Shown here: in pieces, positions 20,403-28,769 of the stretch
Layout: each line of letters starts with the position of its first letter
How positions within the stretch are numbered: position 1 is the stretch's first letter
Source of the DNA: an uncultured Clostridia bacterium
Lineage (GTDB): Bacteria; Bacillota; Clostridia; Peptostreptococcales; Anaerovoracaceae
Assembly (NCBI GenBank): GCA_934255545.1
Contig: CAKQOE010000003.1
Coordinates: forward strand, 24,813-88,812
Reading direction: 5' to 3'
DNA length: 64,000 nt
Notes under the pieces: model-generated
What the model was told of the DNA's origin: nothing
Databases searched by the model: none
Seen by the model: the letters and a program-made list of their open reading frames with translations, nothing else
Program-made: the position numbers and the translations under genes

Positions 20403-20808
20403 ATTGAGAGACCTGTACAGGCAGGAACACTTCACAAGCTTCACCCTTCAGACCAATGAAAGACTCACACCGGGAGGAAGACAGTATCTTCTGGATCACG
20501 GGATCAATATGTATGACGCCGAAAATCCGGCGCCTGCAGATACACCGGCAGCAACAGTTGACGGACATACCGCAGCACCTGCTGCGCAGCCTGCTCCTGT
20601 GCCGGTCGCTCCGCCTGAACCAAAGGTCAGCTTTGACCAGATGTTCATGAGTGAAACAGGGATGTCAAGACAGGAGCTCCTTCTGAGAGTTCAGTCACTC
20701 GAAAAGATGAGTCTTGCAATAGCAGAAGAACTTCGTATGATCAGCAGTGTGTTAGGAGGCGAAAAAGAATCATGCCAGACAACGGAAACGGAAACGACAG
20801 ATCTTTAA
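20380..20808 (+). CDS. BMC-associated hypothetical protein with EutQ-N-like N-terminal domain and Pro/Ala-rich linker
   Basis: N-terminus FITENELRDLYRQEHFTSFTLQTNERLTPGGRQYLLDHGI resembles the N-terminal segment of the EutQ homologue at 24202 (KLICTKEVEEAEK...NTLVTPAAKDAAINAGI). Followed by a PAPADTPAATVDGHTAAPAAQPAPVPVAPPEP linker. Confidence 0.45.
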   Translation: MRFITENELRDLYRQEHFTSFTLQTNERLTPGGRQYLLDHGINMYDAENPAPADTPAATVDGHTAAPAAQPAPVPVAPPEPKVSFDQMFMSETGMSRQELLLRVQSLEKMSLAIAEELRMISSVLGGEKESCQTTETETTDL

Positions 20809-21635
20809 CTTTCGAATACTGCGATCAGATGGTCGCTGACTTTGAGAAAGTGATCAAACATCCTATAAAGGAAAGATCATCTGTTTATTACACAGGCGTA
20901 GACCTCGGTACTGCATGCGTAGTACTTGCGGTCCTCGATGAAAACAGACGTCCGGTAGCGGGCGCTTACAGATACGCCGATGTAGTAAGAGACGGAATGG
21001 TAGTTGATTACATCGGAGCAGTAAGAATAGTAAGAGAACTCAAGGAACAGATAGAAGAACAGCTCGGCACTGAATTGATATATGCAGCAGGAGCGATCCC
21101 TCCGGGAACAGATCTTCTTGATTCAGGCGCTGTAAAGAATGTTATCCAGGGTGCCGGCTTTGAGCTTACAAATCTGCTCGACGAATCAACAGCAGCTAAC
21201 GAAGTACTGAAAATGAAAAACGGCGCAGTTGTCGATATCGGCGGCGGTACTACAGGTATTTCGATCTTCAAGGACGGAAAAGTAGTATACATCGCTGACG
21301 AGCCGACAGGCGGTACTCATTTCTCACTCGTTGTTTCAGGAGCTTACAAGCTTCCGTTCGACGAAGCAGAACTTTACAAGAGAAATGAAGATAATCACAA
21401 GGAACTTTTACCTGTGCTCAAGCCTGTTATCGAAAAGGTAGCGTCTATCATCAGCAGACATATTGCAAAGTACGATGTTGATGAGATATCACTGGTTGGA
21501 GGTACCTGCTGCTTAACCGGTATCGAAGGAATAATCCAGAAGAGCACCGGTGTTTACACGCACAAGCCAAAGAACCCTATGTTCGTAACTCCGCTTGGTA
21601 TAGCGCTCAGCTGTACTGATGAGCCTGTAGATTAA
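20772..21635 (+). CDS. eutJ: EutJ-like actin/Hsp70-fold ATPase
   Basis: GVDLGTACVV, ADVVRDGMVVDYIGAVRIVR, DIGGGTTGISIF and LVGGTCCLTG align with E. coli EutJ. The true start may be the internal Met (MVADF) at about 20829. Confidence 0.75.
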   Translation: MPDNGNGNDRSLTFEYCDQMVADFEKVIKHPIKERSSVYYTGVDLGTACVVLAVLDENRRPVAGAYRYADVVRDGMVVDYIGAVRIVRELKEQIEEQLGTELIYAAGAIPPGTDLLDSGAVKNVIQGAGFELTNLLDESTAANEVLKMKNGAVVDIGGGTTGISIFKDGKVVYIADEPTGGTHFSLVVSGAYKLPFDEAELYKRNEDNHKELLPVLKPVIEKVASIISRHIAKYDVDEISLVGGTCCLTGIEGIIQKSTGVYTHKPKNPMFVTPLGIALSCTDEPVD

Positions 21636-21660
21636 CTTAGAGAAAAGAGGTTGGAATCAA

Positions 21661-21966
21661 ATGGAAATCAGAATGATAAAATCTCCTTCTAAGGGAACAC
21701 TTGACATACTGATGAGACGCAAGGGTTCGCTCAAGAGCGAAACTCCGGATTGCGTCGACGCGGTAGGCCTCATACAGGGAAGAATGATAGAAATGGTCGT
21801 TGCGGCCGACATAGCGGAAAAAGCTGTGGGAGTAACAGTAGAAGACATACGCGGAAGCTGTCCTCAGAATATGATCCTGCTGGCGATATTCGGCGATACA
21901 GCATCAGTTGAGTCCGCTCTCGCGGACATAAAGGCAAAAGCAAAGGAGGGTATGGAAACATGCTGA
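21661..21966 (+). CDS. divergent BMC-H-like shell protein with roughly 30-aa N-terminal extension
   Basis: AVGLIQGRMIEMVVAADIAEKAVGVTVEDIRG...ILLAIFGDTASVESALADI has BMC-domain topology. Confidence 0.55.
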   Translation: MEIRMIKSPSKGTLDILMRRKGSLKSETPDCVDAVGLIQGRMIEMVVAADIAEKAVGVTVEDIRGSCPQNMILLAIFGDTASVESALADIKAKAKEGMETC

Positions 21967-22226
21967 CAGCGAGACTTACAGGTAATATATGGTCAACACG
22001 AAAGGCAGAGTCCCTCAACGGCTTTAAGCTGATGCAGGCAGAAATAATCGGCGGCGGGATAGATTCCGGCAAAAGGATCATCGTAATAGATAATATAAGC
22101 GCCGGTATCGGAGACAGAGTAATAATAACGACCGGATCGTCAGCCAGACGAATGCTCGGAGATGACGATCTTCCGGTCGATGCAGTTGTAGTCGGCATCA
22201 TCGATGATGACTGTGACTTTGAATAA
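21960..22226 (+). CDS. eutN: BMC-P vertex protein (EutN/CcmL/PduN family)
   Basis: 88 aa. IDNISAGIGDRVIITTGSSARRM...PVDAVVVGIIDD matches the EutN pattern. Confidence 0.8.
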   Translation: MLTARLTGNIWSTRKAESLNGFKLMQAEIIGGGIDSGKRIIVIDNISAGIGDRVIITTGSSARRMLGDDDLPVDAVVVGIIDDDCDFE

Positions 22227-22242
22227 AGGGAGGTCTGTTTAA

Positions 22243-23562
22243 GTGGATCTTATAGAACAGATCAAAGCAGCAGGAGTCGTGGGCGCAGGCGGTGCTGGCT
22301 TCCCGACTTACGCTAAATTCGGTTCGCCGGCTGATTACCTGCTGATGAATGCAGCAGAGTGCGAACCGCTCCTGAGAGTAGACCAGCAGCTCCTGGCTAT
22401 ATACACAGACGAGATCCTTAAGGGTTTTGATATGGCTGCGAAGGCTGCAGGAGTTAAAAAGGCTATTATCGGAATAAAGGTAAAGCATCACGAAGTTATC
22501 GACCTTTTAAGAAAAAGGATCGGAGAACTCGGCATGGACATAGAAGTAGGCGAGCTTCCTGATATCTACCCTGCCGGTGACGAGCAGGTACTTGTTTACC
22601 AGCTTACAGGCAGAGTCGTTCCTGAAGCAGGCATTCCTATCAACGTAGGATGTATCGTCTGCAACGCTGAGACAGTCCTCAATATCTACAGAGCATCTGA
22701 GGGTAAGGCTGTAACAGAAAAGTTCATAACGCTTGCCGGAGATATTCCAAACAGAATGACTGTAAAGGTTCCTGTAGGAACACCTGTCATAGATGTCCTG
22801 AAGCTTTCGGGAATCGAAGACTTCAGCGATTATGCTGTTATCGACGGCGGTCCTATGATGGGTTCTGTCATGGCAGACCTTAACGGTCACGTTATAAAGA
22901 AAAACAAGGGCTTCATCATCCTCAGAAAGGATCACTATCTTATCCGCAAGAAGTCAACTACGATGGAACAGGCTAAGAGAGTGAACAAAGCTACATGCGA
23001 GCAGTGCAGGATGTGTACTGACCTCTGCCCGAGATTCCTTCTCGGACACAGCGTAGCTCCTCACAAGATGATGAGAGTCATGAACTACAATATCGACGAT
23101 CTTGAGGGTCAGAAGGTAGCGCAGCTCTGCTGCCAGTGCGGACTTTGTGAATTCTTCTCATGTCCTGCGGGCCTCCACCCTAAGATGGCAAATATGTATT
23201 TCAAGGACAGACTTGCTGAGCAGGGTCTCAGATATACTCCTTCAAAGACAGAATTTGAACCGAGAAATATCAGAGATATGCGCCTTGTCCCAAGCAAGCG
23301 TCTTGTAGCGAGAATAGGTCTTAAGAATTTCGACAGACCTGCTCCTATGAGTGATGTAAAGATCGAGCCTTCAGTTGTAAGAATAGCTCTCCGCCAGCAT
23401 GTAGGCGGTCCGGCTCAGCCGGTCGTAACTGTCGGTCAGAGCGTTACAGCAGGACAGCTCATCGGAAACGTTCCTGAAGGTAAGCTGGGAGCTACAGTTC
23501 ACAGCAGCATAGACGGAACTGTTTCAGAAGTAACAGCTGATTATATTGAGATAAGGAGGTAA
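22243..23562 (+). CDS. pduS: PduS-like RnfC-family Fe-S flavoprotein (cobalamin reductase-like)
   Basis: 439 aa. GVVGAGGAGFPT nucleotide-binding motif. Two 4Fe-4S motifs (CEQCRMCTDLCP, CCQCGLCEFFSCP). Confidence 0.7.
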   Translation: MDLIEQIKAAGVVGAGGAGFPTYAKFGSPADYLLMNAAECEPLLRVDQQLLAIYTDEILKGFDMAAKAAGVKKAIIGIKVKHHEVIDLLRKRIGELGMDIEVGELPDIYPAGDEQVLVYQLTGRVVPEAGIPINVGCIVCNAETVLNIYRASEGKAVTEKFITLAGDIPNRMTVKVPVGTPVIDVLKLSGIEDFSDYAVIDGGPMMGSVMADLNGHVIKKNKGFIILRKDHYLIRKKSTTMEQAKRVNKATCEQCRMCTDLCPRFLLGHSVAPHKMMRVMNYNIDDLEGQKVAQLCCQCGLCEFFSCPAGLHPKMANMYFKDRLAEQGLRYTPSKTEFEPRNIRDMRLVPSKRLVARIGLKNFDRPAPMSDVKIEPSVVRIALRQHVGGPAQPVVTVGQSVTAGQLIGNVPEGKLGATVHSSIDGTVSEVTADYIEIRR

Positions 23563-24113
23563 TGATTATGAGAGCTATTGGTATGGTTGAATTCAACAGC
23601 ATAGCAAGAGGCATTTATGCGGCAGATCAGATGGTCAAGACTTCCGAAGTTGAAATCGTAACAGCTGCTTCAACATGCCCCGGAAAATACATTGCGATCG
23701 TTCACGGCGACGTGTCAGCGGTAGAAGAATCTGTTCAGGCAGGCGAAAAGGAAGCCGGAGAGTTTTATGTTGACTCTATGGTGATCCCTAATGTTGATGC
23801 AGGTGTATTCCCTGCGATCACAGGCGCTACTATGCCTGAAAGGATCGGCGCGATCGGCATCATGGAGTCTTTCTCCATTTCAACGATGATCATCTGCGCA
23901 GACCAGATACTTAAGGCTGCCGATGTTGAAAGCATCGAGCTCAGGCTCGGCAACGGACTCGGCGGTAAGTCATACTTCACTTTCACAGGTGATGTATCCG
24001 CTGTACAGGCAGGCTCAAGCGCGGGCGTTGCCATCGCGAAGGAGAAGGGACTTCTCGTAAATTCAGAAGTTATTCCTTCACCTTCACACAGGCTTGTCGA
24101 ATCACTTTTATAA
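23562..24113 (+). CDS. pduT: PduT-like tandem-domain BMC-T shell protein (Fe-S binding)
   Basis: 183 aa with two BMC domains (AIGMVEFNSIARGIYAADQMVK... and AIGIMESFSISTMIICADQILKAA...). Conserved Cys in the TCPGK motif as in PduT. Confidence 0.75.
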   Translation: MIMRAIGMVEFNSIARGIYAADQMVKTSEVEIVTAASTCPGKYIAIVHGDVSAVEESVQAGEKEAGEFYVDSMVIPNVDAGVFPAITGATMPERIGAIGIMESFSISTMIICADQILKAADVESIELRLGNGLGGKSYFTFTGDVSAVQAGSSAGVAIAKEKGLLVNSEVIPSPSHRLVESLL

Positions 24114-24201
24114 TAATTAATATATATAATGATTAAAAAGTGATAAAGTGCCGCTCCGGCGGCGAATATAAATATGAAAATAAACGAAAGGATGTGTATG
24201 C

Positions 24202-24888
24202 ATGAAAAAGCTTATTTGCACTAAAGAAGTGGAAGAGGCTGAAAAGCAGGGCCAGAAAGTCATCTATATCGATGAAAACACACTGGTAACACCTGCTGCG
24301 AAGGATGCGGCTATAAACGCAGGCATCGAATTCGTATGCGGACAGGCTCCTGAAGCTTGCGCAGCAGCACCTGCTGCTCCTGCTGAACCTGCTCCTGCAG
24401 CTCAGCCAGCTGTAACACCTGCTGCTCCTGTACAGGAGAGCGCTATAGACAGCGAACTTATTTACAAGGCTATCATGTCTCTGGCTGAAAGAGGACTTCT
24501 CGGAAATCTTGCAAACGTTATACAGCAGGATGTTCCATACGTTTCTGAAGGAGACGGACAGGGCTTCGTAAAGCTCGTAAGAAGCAGCACTGCAAAGTGG
24601 GAACCACTTGATACAGGCAACCCGGCAGATAAGGTTTTCTACAATGAGCTTATCAACTCAGACGACGGCTCAGCTATGAACGCAGGCTTCATGACTATTG
24701 AAAACTGCTCATTCCCATGGGACGTAGCATGCCAGGAGATCTACTATGTAGTAGAAGGTACTCTTACTGTTGAAAAGGACGGCAGAGTATTCACAGGTCA
24801 CCCTGGTGACTGCCTCTTCTTCCAGAACGGCGCTCATCTGAAGTTCGGTTCACCTGATAAGGTCAAAGTATTCTACGCAACTCACTAA
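24202..24888 (+). CDS. eutQ: EutQ-like cupin protein
   Basis: 228 aa. N-terminal EutQ-type segment, Ala/Pro linker, C-terminal cupin (GFMTIENCSFPWDVACQEIYYVVEGTLTV...GHPGDCLFF). Confidence 0.7.
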   Translation: MKKLICTKEVEEAEKQGQKVIYIDENTLVTPAAKDAAINAGIEFVCGQAPEACAAAPAAPAEPAPAAQPAVTPAAPVQESAIDSELIYKAIMSLAERGLLGNLANVIQQDVPYVSEGDGQGFVKLVRSSTAKWEPLDTGNPADKVFYNELINSDDGSAMNAGFMTIENCSFPWDVACQEIYYVVEGTLTVEKDGRVFTGHPGDCLFFQNGAHLKFGSPDKVKVFYATH

Positions 24889-24905
24889 ACAGGAGATAGA
24901 TATTA

Positions 24906-25724
24906 ATGCAGGCACTTGGTTTTATAGAAACAAAAGGACTGCTTGCAGCCATTGAGAGCGCTGACGCCATGCTTAAGGCAGCGAACGTATCTCTTTATGA
25001 CAGGACGTTCACAGGCGGCGGCCTGGTGACTATAACAGTCATCGGTGATGTAGGCGCGGTCAAGGCTTCGGTAGACGCCGGAGCTGCGGCTGTAATGAAC
25101 CTCGGTCAGGAACTTCTGATATCTGTTCACGTTATCCCAAGACCTCATGAAGAAGTTGACAGGATGATGAAAGCAGACAGAAAGCTCGGAGGAAACGACG
25201 GCGGCGATGATAACGGCGGTGGCGGCGGAGACGGCGCACCTGCTGAGGAGGCTTCTGAAGAAGAAACAGCAGAAGAAGCTGAAACAGTTGAAACTGTTAT
25301 CGAAGAAGCGCCTGAAACAGCGGAAGAAAATGAAGCTGAAATAACGGCTGAAGAACCTGAAACTGTTGCTGACGAAAAGCAGCCTGAGGCTGAGATCCAT
25401 GAGACTCCGGCAGAAAGCGAAGCTGAAGAAGAGGCTGAGGCCCCTGAAGAAGCAGAGCATGAAACTGAAGCCCCTGAAGAACCGGCTGAGGCTGAAGACG
25501 AAGCATTCGACAGCAGAACGCTGACCAAAGAAGGCATCGACAATATAGCAGCAGAAAAGGGAATAAACAAAGCAGTTGAAATTCTTCAGGAATGCAAGGT
25601 AGTAAAACTGAGAAACCTCGCCAGAGATTATACCGGTTTCGGAATCACAGGCCGAGAAGTATCAAAAGCTAACAAGGCAGACCTCATCGAAGAATTCATA
25701 AAGTATTATTTAAAGAAAAAGTAA
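24906..25724 (+). CDS. BMC-H shell protein fused to a long acidic linker and a C-terminal Rho_N/SAP-like domain
   Basis: Residues 1-95 are a canonical BMC-H ([26 protein letters not shown]...[13 protein letters not shown]...VHVIPRPH). Roughly 110 aa Glu/Ala/Thr/Pro-rich low-complexity segment. The last roughly 65 aa ([55 protein letters not shown]) fit the Rho N-terminal/SAP helix-extended-helix pattern. Confidence 0.65.
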   Translation: MQALGFIETKGLLAAIESADAMLKAANVSLYDRTFTGGGLVTITVIGDVGAVKASVDAGAAAVMNLGQELLISVHVIPRPHEEVDRMMKADRKLGGNDGGDDNGGGGGDGAPAEEASEEETAEEAETVETVIEEAPETAEENEAEITAEEPETVADEKQPEAEIHETPAESEAEEEAEAPEEAEHETEAPEEPAEAEDEAFDSRTLTKEGIDNIAAEKGINKAVEILQECKVVKLRNLARDYTGFGITGREVSKANKADLIEEFIKYYLKKK

Positions 25725-25759
25725 AAAAAGATATAATGAAAGGGAGGGGATTCTGATTC

Positions 25760-27394
25760 ATGGAAAATATGGATTATGATTTACGTTCTATCCAGGAAGT
25801 AAGAAATCTTGCACGCCTTGGACAGGTCGCTCAGGACAGACTTTTTAATTATACAGACGATCAGATCGACAGGATCATCAGAAATATGGTCCGCGTAGCT
25901 GAAGAAAACGCTGTAATGCTCGCTAAGATGGCAGTTGAAGAAACAGGCTTCGGTAAGTATGAGGATAAGACTTACAAGAACCACATGGCTTCAACTATCC
26001 TTTATGAGTCAATAAAGGACATGAAGTGCTCAGGTATCATCAGCGAAGATCCTATCAACAGAACTATGGACGTTGCAGACCCTGTAGGTCTCATAATGGG
26101 TATCGTTCCTTCAACTAACCCGACATCTACAGTTATCTACAAGTCTATCATCTCTATAAAGGCAAGAAACGCTATCGTATTCTCACCTCATCCATCAGCT
26201 CTCAAGTGCACAGTAAAGGCTGCTGAGCTCATGCTCGAAGCTGCTGTTGCAGCAGGCGCTCCTGCAAATGTTATCGGCTGCATCACAATGCCTACTATGC
26301 CGGCAACAAACGAACTGATGAGATGCAAGGAGATCAAGCTCATCCTCGCTACAGGCGGTCCTGGAATGGTAAGAGCAGCATACAGCTGCGGTAAGCCTGC
26401 AATCGGCGTAGGCGCAGGTAACTCACCGGCTTACATCGAAAGAACAGCAGATGTTAAGAAGGCTGTTACAAACATCATGGCCAGCAAGACATTCGACTAT
26501 GGTACTATCTGCGCTTCAGAGCAGTCTATCGTATGCGAAGAATGCAACAAGGACGCTGTAGTAGCTGAATTCCAGAGACAGGGCGGCTACTTCATGTCTG
26601 AAGAAGAAACTGCTAAAGTCTGCAAGCTCCTCTTTAAGAAGGGCAATGCAATGAACGCTAAGTTCGTAGCAAGATCTGCTCAGGTCATCGCTGATGCAGC
26701 AGGCATCACTATCCCGGCAGGCACAAGACTCCTCATCGGCCCTCAGGGCGGTGTCGGTGACGGTTATCCGCTCTCATTCGAAAAGCTCACAAGCGTTATC
26801 GCTTTCTATGTTGTTAAGGACTGGCATGAAGCATGCAGCCTGAGCATCGAGCTTCTCCAGAACGGTATCGGCCACACAATGAGCTTACATACTGAGGACA
26901 GAAACATCGTTCTTGAATTCTCAAGAAAGCCTGCTTCAAGGATCCTCGTTAATACAGGAAGCGCACTCGGCGGTACAGGTGCAAGCACAGCTCTTCCGCC
27001 TGCGTTAACACTCGGATGCGGAACACTCGGCGGAAGCTCAGTTTCAGAGAACGTTACTCCGATGCACCTCGTAAACATCAAGAAGGTTGCTTACGGTATC
27101 AAGGACTGCACTACTCTGATCGCTGACGACCCTACATTTAACCACCCGGAGCTCCTTTCTGTACAGCAGGGCTGCACACCGGCAGCATGCTCAACAGCTG
27201 CTCCTGCACAGAACGGTTACCTCTCACCTGCTGAATACCAGCAGAACAACAGCGGTATCAGCTACGGCGTAGGCTGCAACAGCTGCTGCACAGACAACAA
27301 ACTTGCTCCTGCAGCAAGCGATACTCCTATTGACATGAACGAACTCAACAACATGATCAATGCGCTTGTAAAGGCAATGAAGGGCGAGAACTAA
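25760..27394 (+). CDS. CoA-acylating aldehyde dehydrogenase, copy 2, with Cys-rich C-terminal extension and putative C-terminal encapsulation peptide
   Basis: 544 aa. The ALDH core is paralogous to 14456..15850. Extra roughly 80 aa C-terminus contains GCTPAACS...GVGCNSCCTD and the terminal amphipathic helix IDMNELNNMINALVKAMKG. Confidence 0.7.
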   Translation: MENMDYDLRSIQEVRNLARLGQVAQDRLFNYTDDQIDRIIRNMVRVAEENAVMLAKMAVEETGFGKYEDKTYKNHMASTILYESIKDMKCSGIISEDPINRTMDVADPVGLIMGIVPSTNPTSTVIYKSIISIKARNAIVFSPHPSALKCTVKAAELMLEAAVAAGAPANVIGCITMPTMPATNELMRCKEIKLILATGGPGMVRAAYSCGKPAIGVGAGNSPAYIERTADVKKAVTNIMASKTFDYGTICASEQSIVCEECNKDAVVAEFQRQGGYFMSEEETAKVCKLLFKKGNAMNAKFVARSAQVIADAAGITIPAGTRLLIGPQGGVGDGYPLSFEKLTSVIAFYVVKDWHEACSLSIELLQNGIGHTMSLHTEDRNIVLEFSRKPASRILVNTGSALGGTGASTALPPALTLGCGTLGGSSVSENVTPMHLVNIKKVAYGIKDCTTLIADDPTFNHPELLSVQQGCTPAACSTAAPAQNGYLSPAEYQQNNSGISYGVGCNSCCTDNKLAPAASDTPIDMNELNNMINALVKAMKGEN

Positions 27395-27395
27395 A

Positions 27396-28055
27396 ATGGC
27401 AGAACCAAATTATGAAGCAATTATGCAGATACTTCTGGACGCTGTAAAGAACGGCGTTAAGCCTGCAGCATGCGAAGCAGCAGCTGAGGATACAGTTCCT
27501 GTAGGTATCTCAAACAGACATATACACCTCTCAGAGAGCGATCTTAAAGCTCTCTTCGGAGATGGTTATGAACTGACAAACATAAAGGATCTTTCACAGC
27601 CTGGACAGTTCGCATGCAAGGAAGTAGTTACTATCTGCGGTCCTAAGGGCGCTATCGAAAAGGTAAGAGTACTCGGACCTTTAAGAAGCAAGACTCAGGT
27701 AGAAGTTCTCCACAGCGACCGCTTCAAGCTCGGAGTTACTGCTCCTGCAAGACTCTCAGGCGACCTCGCAGGTACTCCCGGAGTTACAGTGATCGGTCCT
27801 AAGGGTTCGGTTCAGTTAAAAGAAGGTCTGATCGTTGCACAGAGACATGTACACATGACATGCCAGGACGCTGAAAGATTCGGCGTACATGACGGCCAGA
27901 TCGTAAGCCTCAAGGTAGAAGGTCCAAGAGGCGGCGTTTTATCAAACGTTATAATAAGAGCAAATGACAAGTCAAAGCTTGACTGTCATCTCGATACTGA
28001 TGAAGCTAATGCAATGGATATAGGCTCATCAACTAAGGTAACTATCATAAAGTAG
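27396..28055 (+). CDS. pduL: phosphate propanoyl/acetyl-transferase PduL
   Basis: Two PduL repeats (GISNRHIHLSESD, IVAQRHVHMTCQD). N-terminal amphipathic helix NYEAIMQILLDAVKNG is consistent with an encapsulation peptide. Confidence 0.8.
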   Translation: MAEPNYEAIMQILLDAVKNGVKPAACEAAAEDTVPVGISNRHIHLSESDLKALFGDGYELTNIKDLSQPGQFACKEVVTICGPKGAIEKVRVLGPLRSKTQVEVLHSDRFKLGVTAPARLSGDLAGTPGVTVIGPKGSVQLKEGLIVAQRHVHMTCQDAERFGVHDGQIVSLKVEGPRGGVLSNVIIRANDKSKLDCHLDTDEANAMDIGSSTKVTIIK

Positions 28056-28160
28056 TTTCCTGATAAAAACTGACAAAACATAAATCACAATTTTAAAACA
28101 AAAACAAAATCAATTTAAATTTAAAATTTATATCTTTTCTTAACAAGGAGGAAATTTAAA

Positions 28161-28451
28161 ATGACTAAGTATGATGCACTCGGAATGATCGAAACAAAGG
28201 GTTTAGTAGGTTCTATCGAAGCAGCTGATGCTATGGTAAAGGCAGCTAACGTATACCTCATCGGTAAGGAACACGTTGGCGGCGGTCTCGTTACTGTAAT
28301 GGTAAGAGGTGACGTTGGCGCTGTTAAGGCTGCTACAGATGCTGGTGCTGCTGCTGCTCAGAGAGTAGGCGAGCTCATCTCTGTTCACGTAATTCCTAGA
28401 CCACACGCTGAAGTTGAAACTATTCTCCCTACAGGTACAAAGGCTGAATAA
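28161..28451 (+). CDS. BMC-H shell protein (PduA/PduJ-like)
   Basis: [32 protein letters not shown]...[17 protein letters not shown]. Preceded by a roughly 100 nt AT-rich spacer and a strong RBS AAGGAGG. Confidence 0.85.
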   Translation: MTKYDALGMIETKGLVGSIEAADAMVKAANVYLIGKEHVGGGLVTVMVRGDVGAVKAATDAGAAAAQRVGELISVHVIPRPHAEVETILPTGTKAE

Positions 28452-28505
28452 TTCAATTCAGTATCATTCATACTAAATTAAATAAAATGCCCTGACGGGC
28501 TATCT

Positions 28506-28531
28506 GGGGCGGCTTCGACCGCCCCTTTTTC
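28506..28531 (+). terminator. intrinsic terminator closing the BMC operon
   Basis: ggggcggc-ttcg-accgcccc followed by ttttt. Confidence 0.75.
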
Positions 28532-28769
28532 AAAAATATTATTTTGTCAGTATGACAATTAAAACATTATTCATTACTCAGGAAAATTTTTCTCTATTCA
28601 TATCCTGTAAGCGCGCCGGCGCGCACAATGGCTGACGCATTACGCATTTATCCCCTCATACGTTCCGAACAGCGGAATGCCTGCGATTTGATCCTTCCCG
28701 CCATTTATTATGTGTTACTGATATCTGAGATGGGGAGGAGGATTACAGATCTGGGAGGATTTTATATTT

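Noticed and set aside
25145-25570. 141-aa minus-strand ORF
   Set aside because: Antisense to the acidic linker of the BMC-H fusion. The Ser/Ala-rich product is an artefact of the GAA/GCT-rich sense strand.
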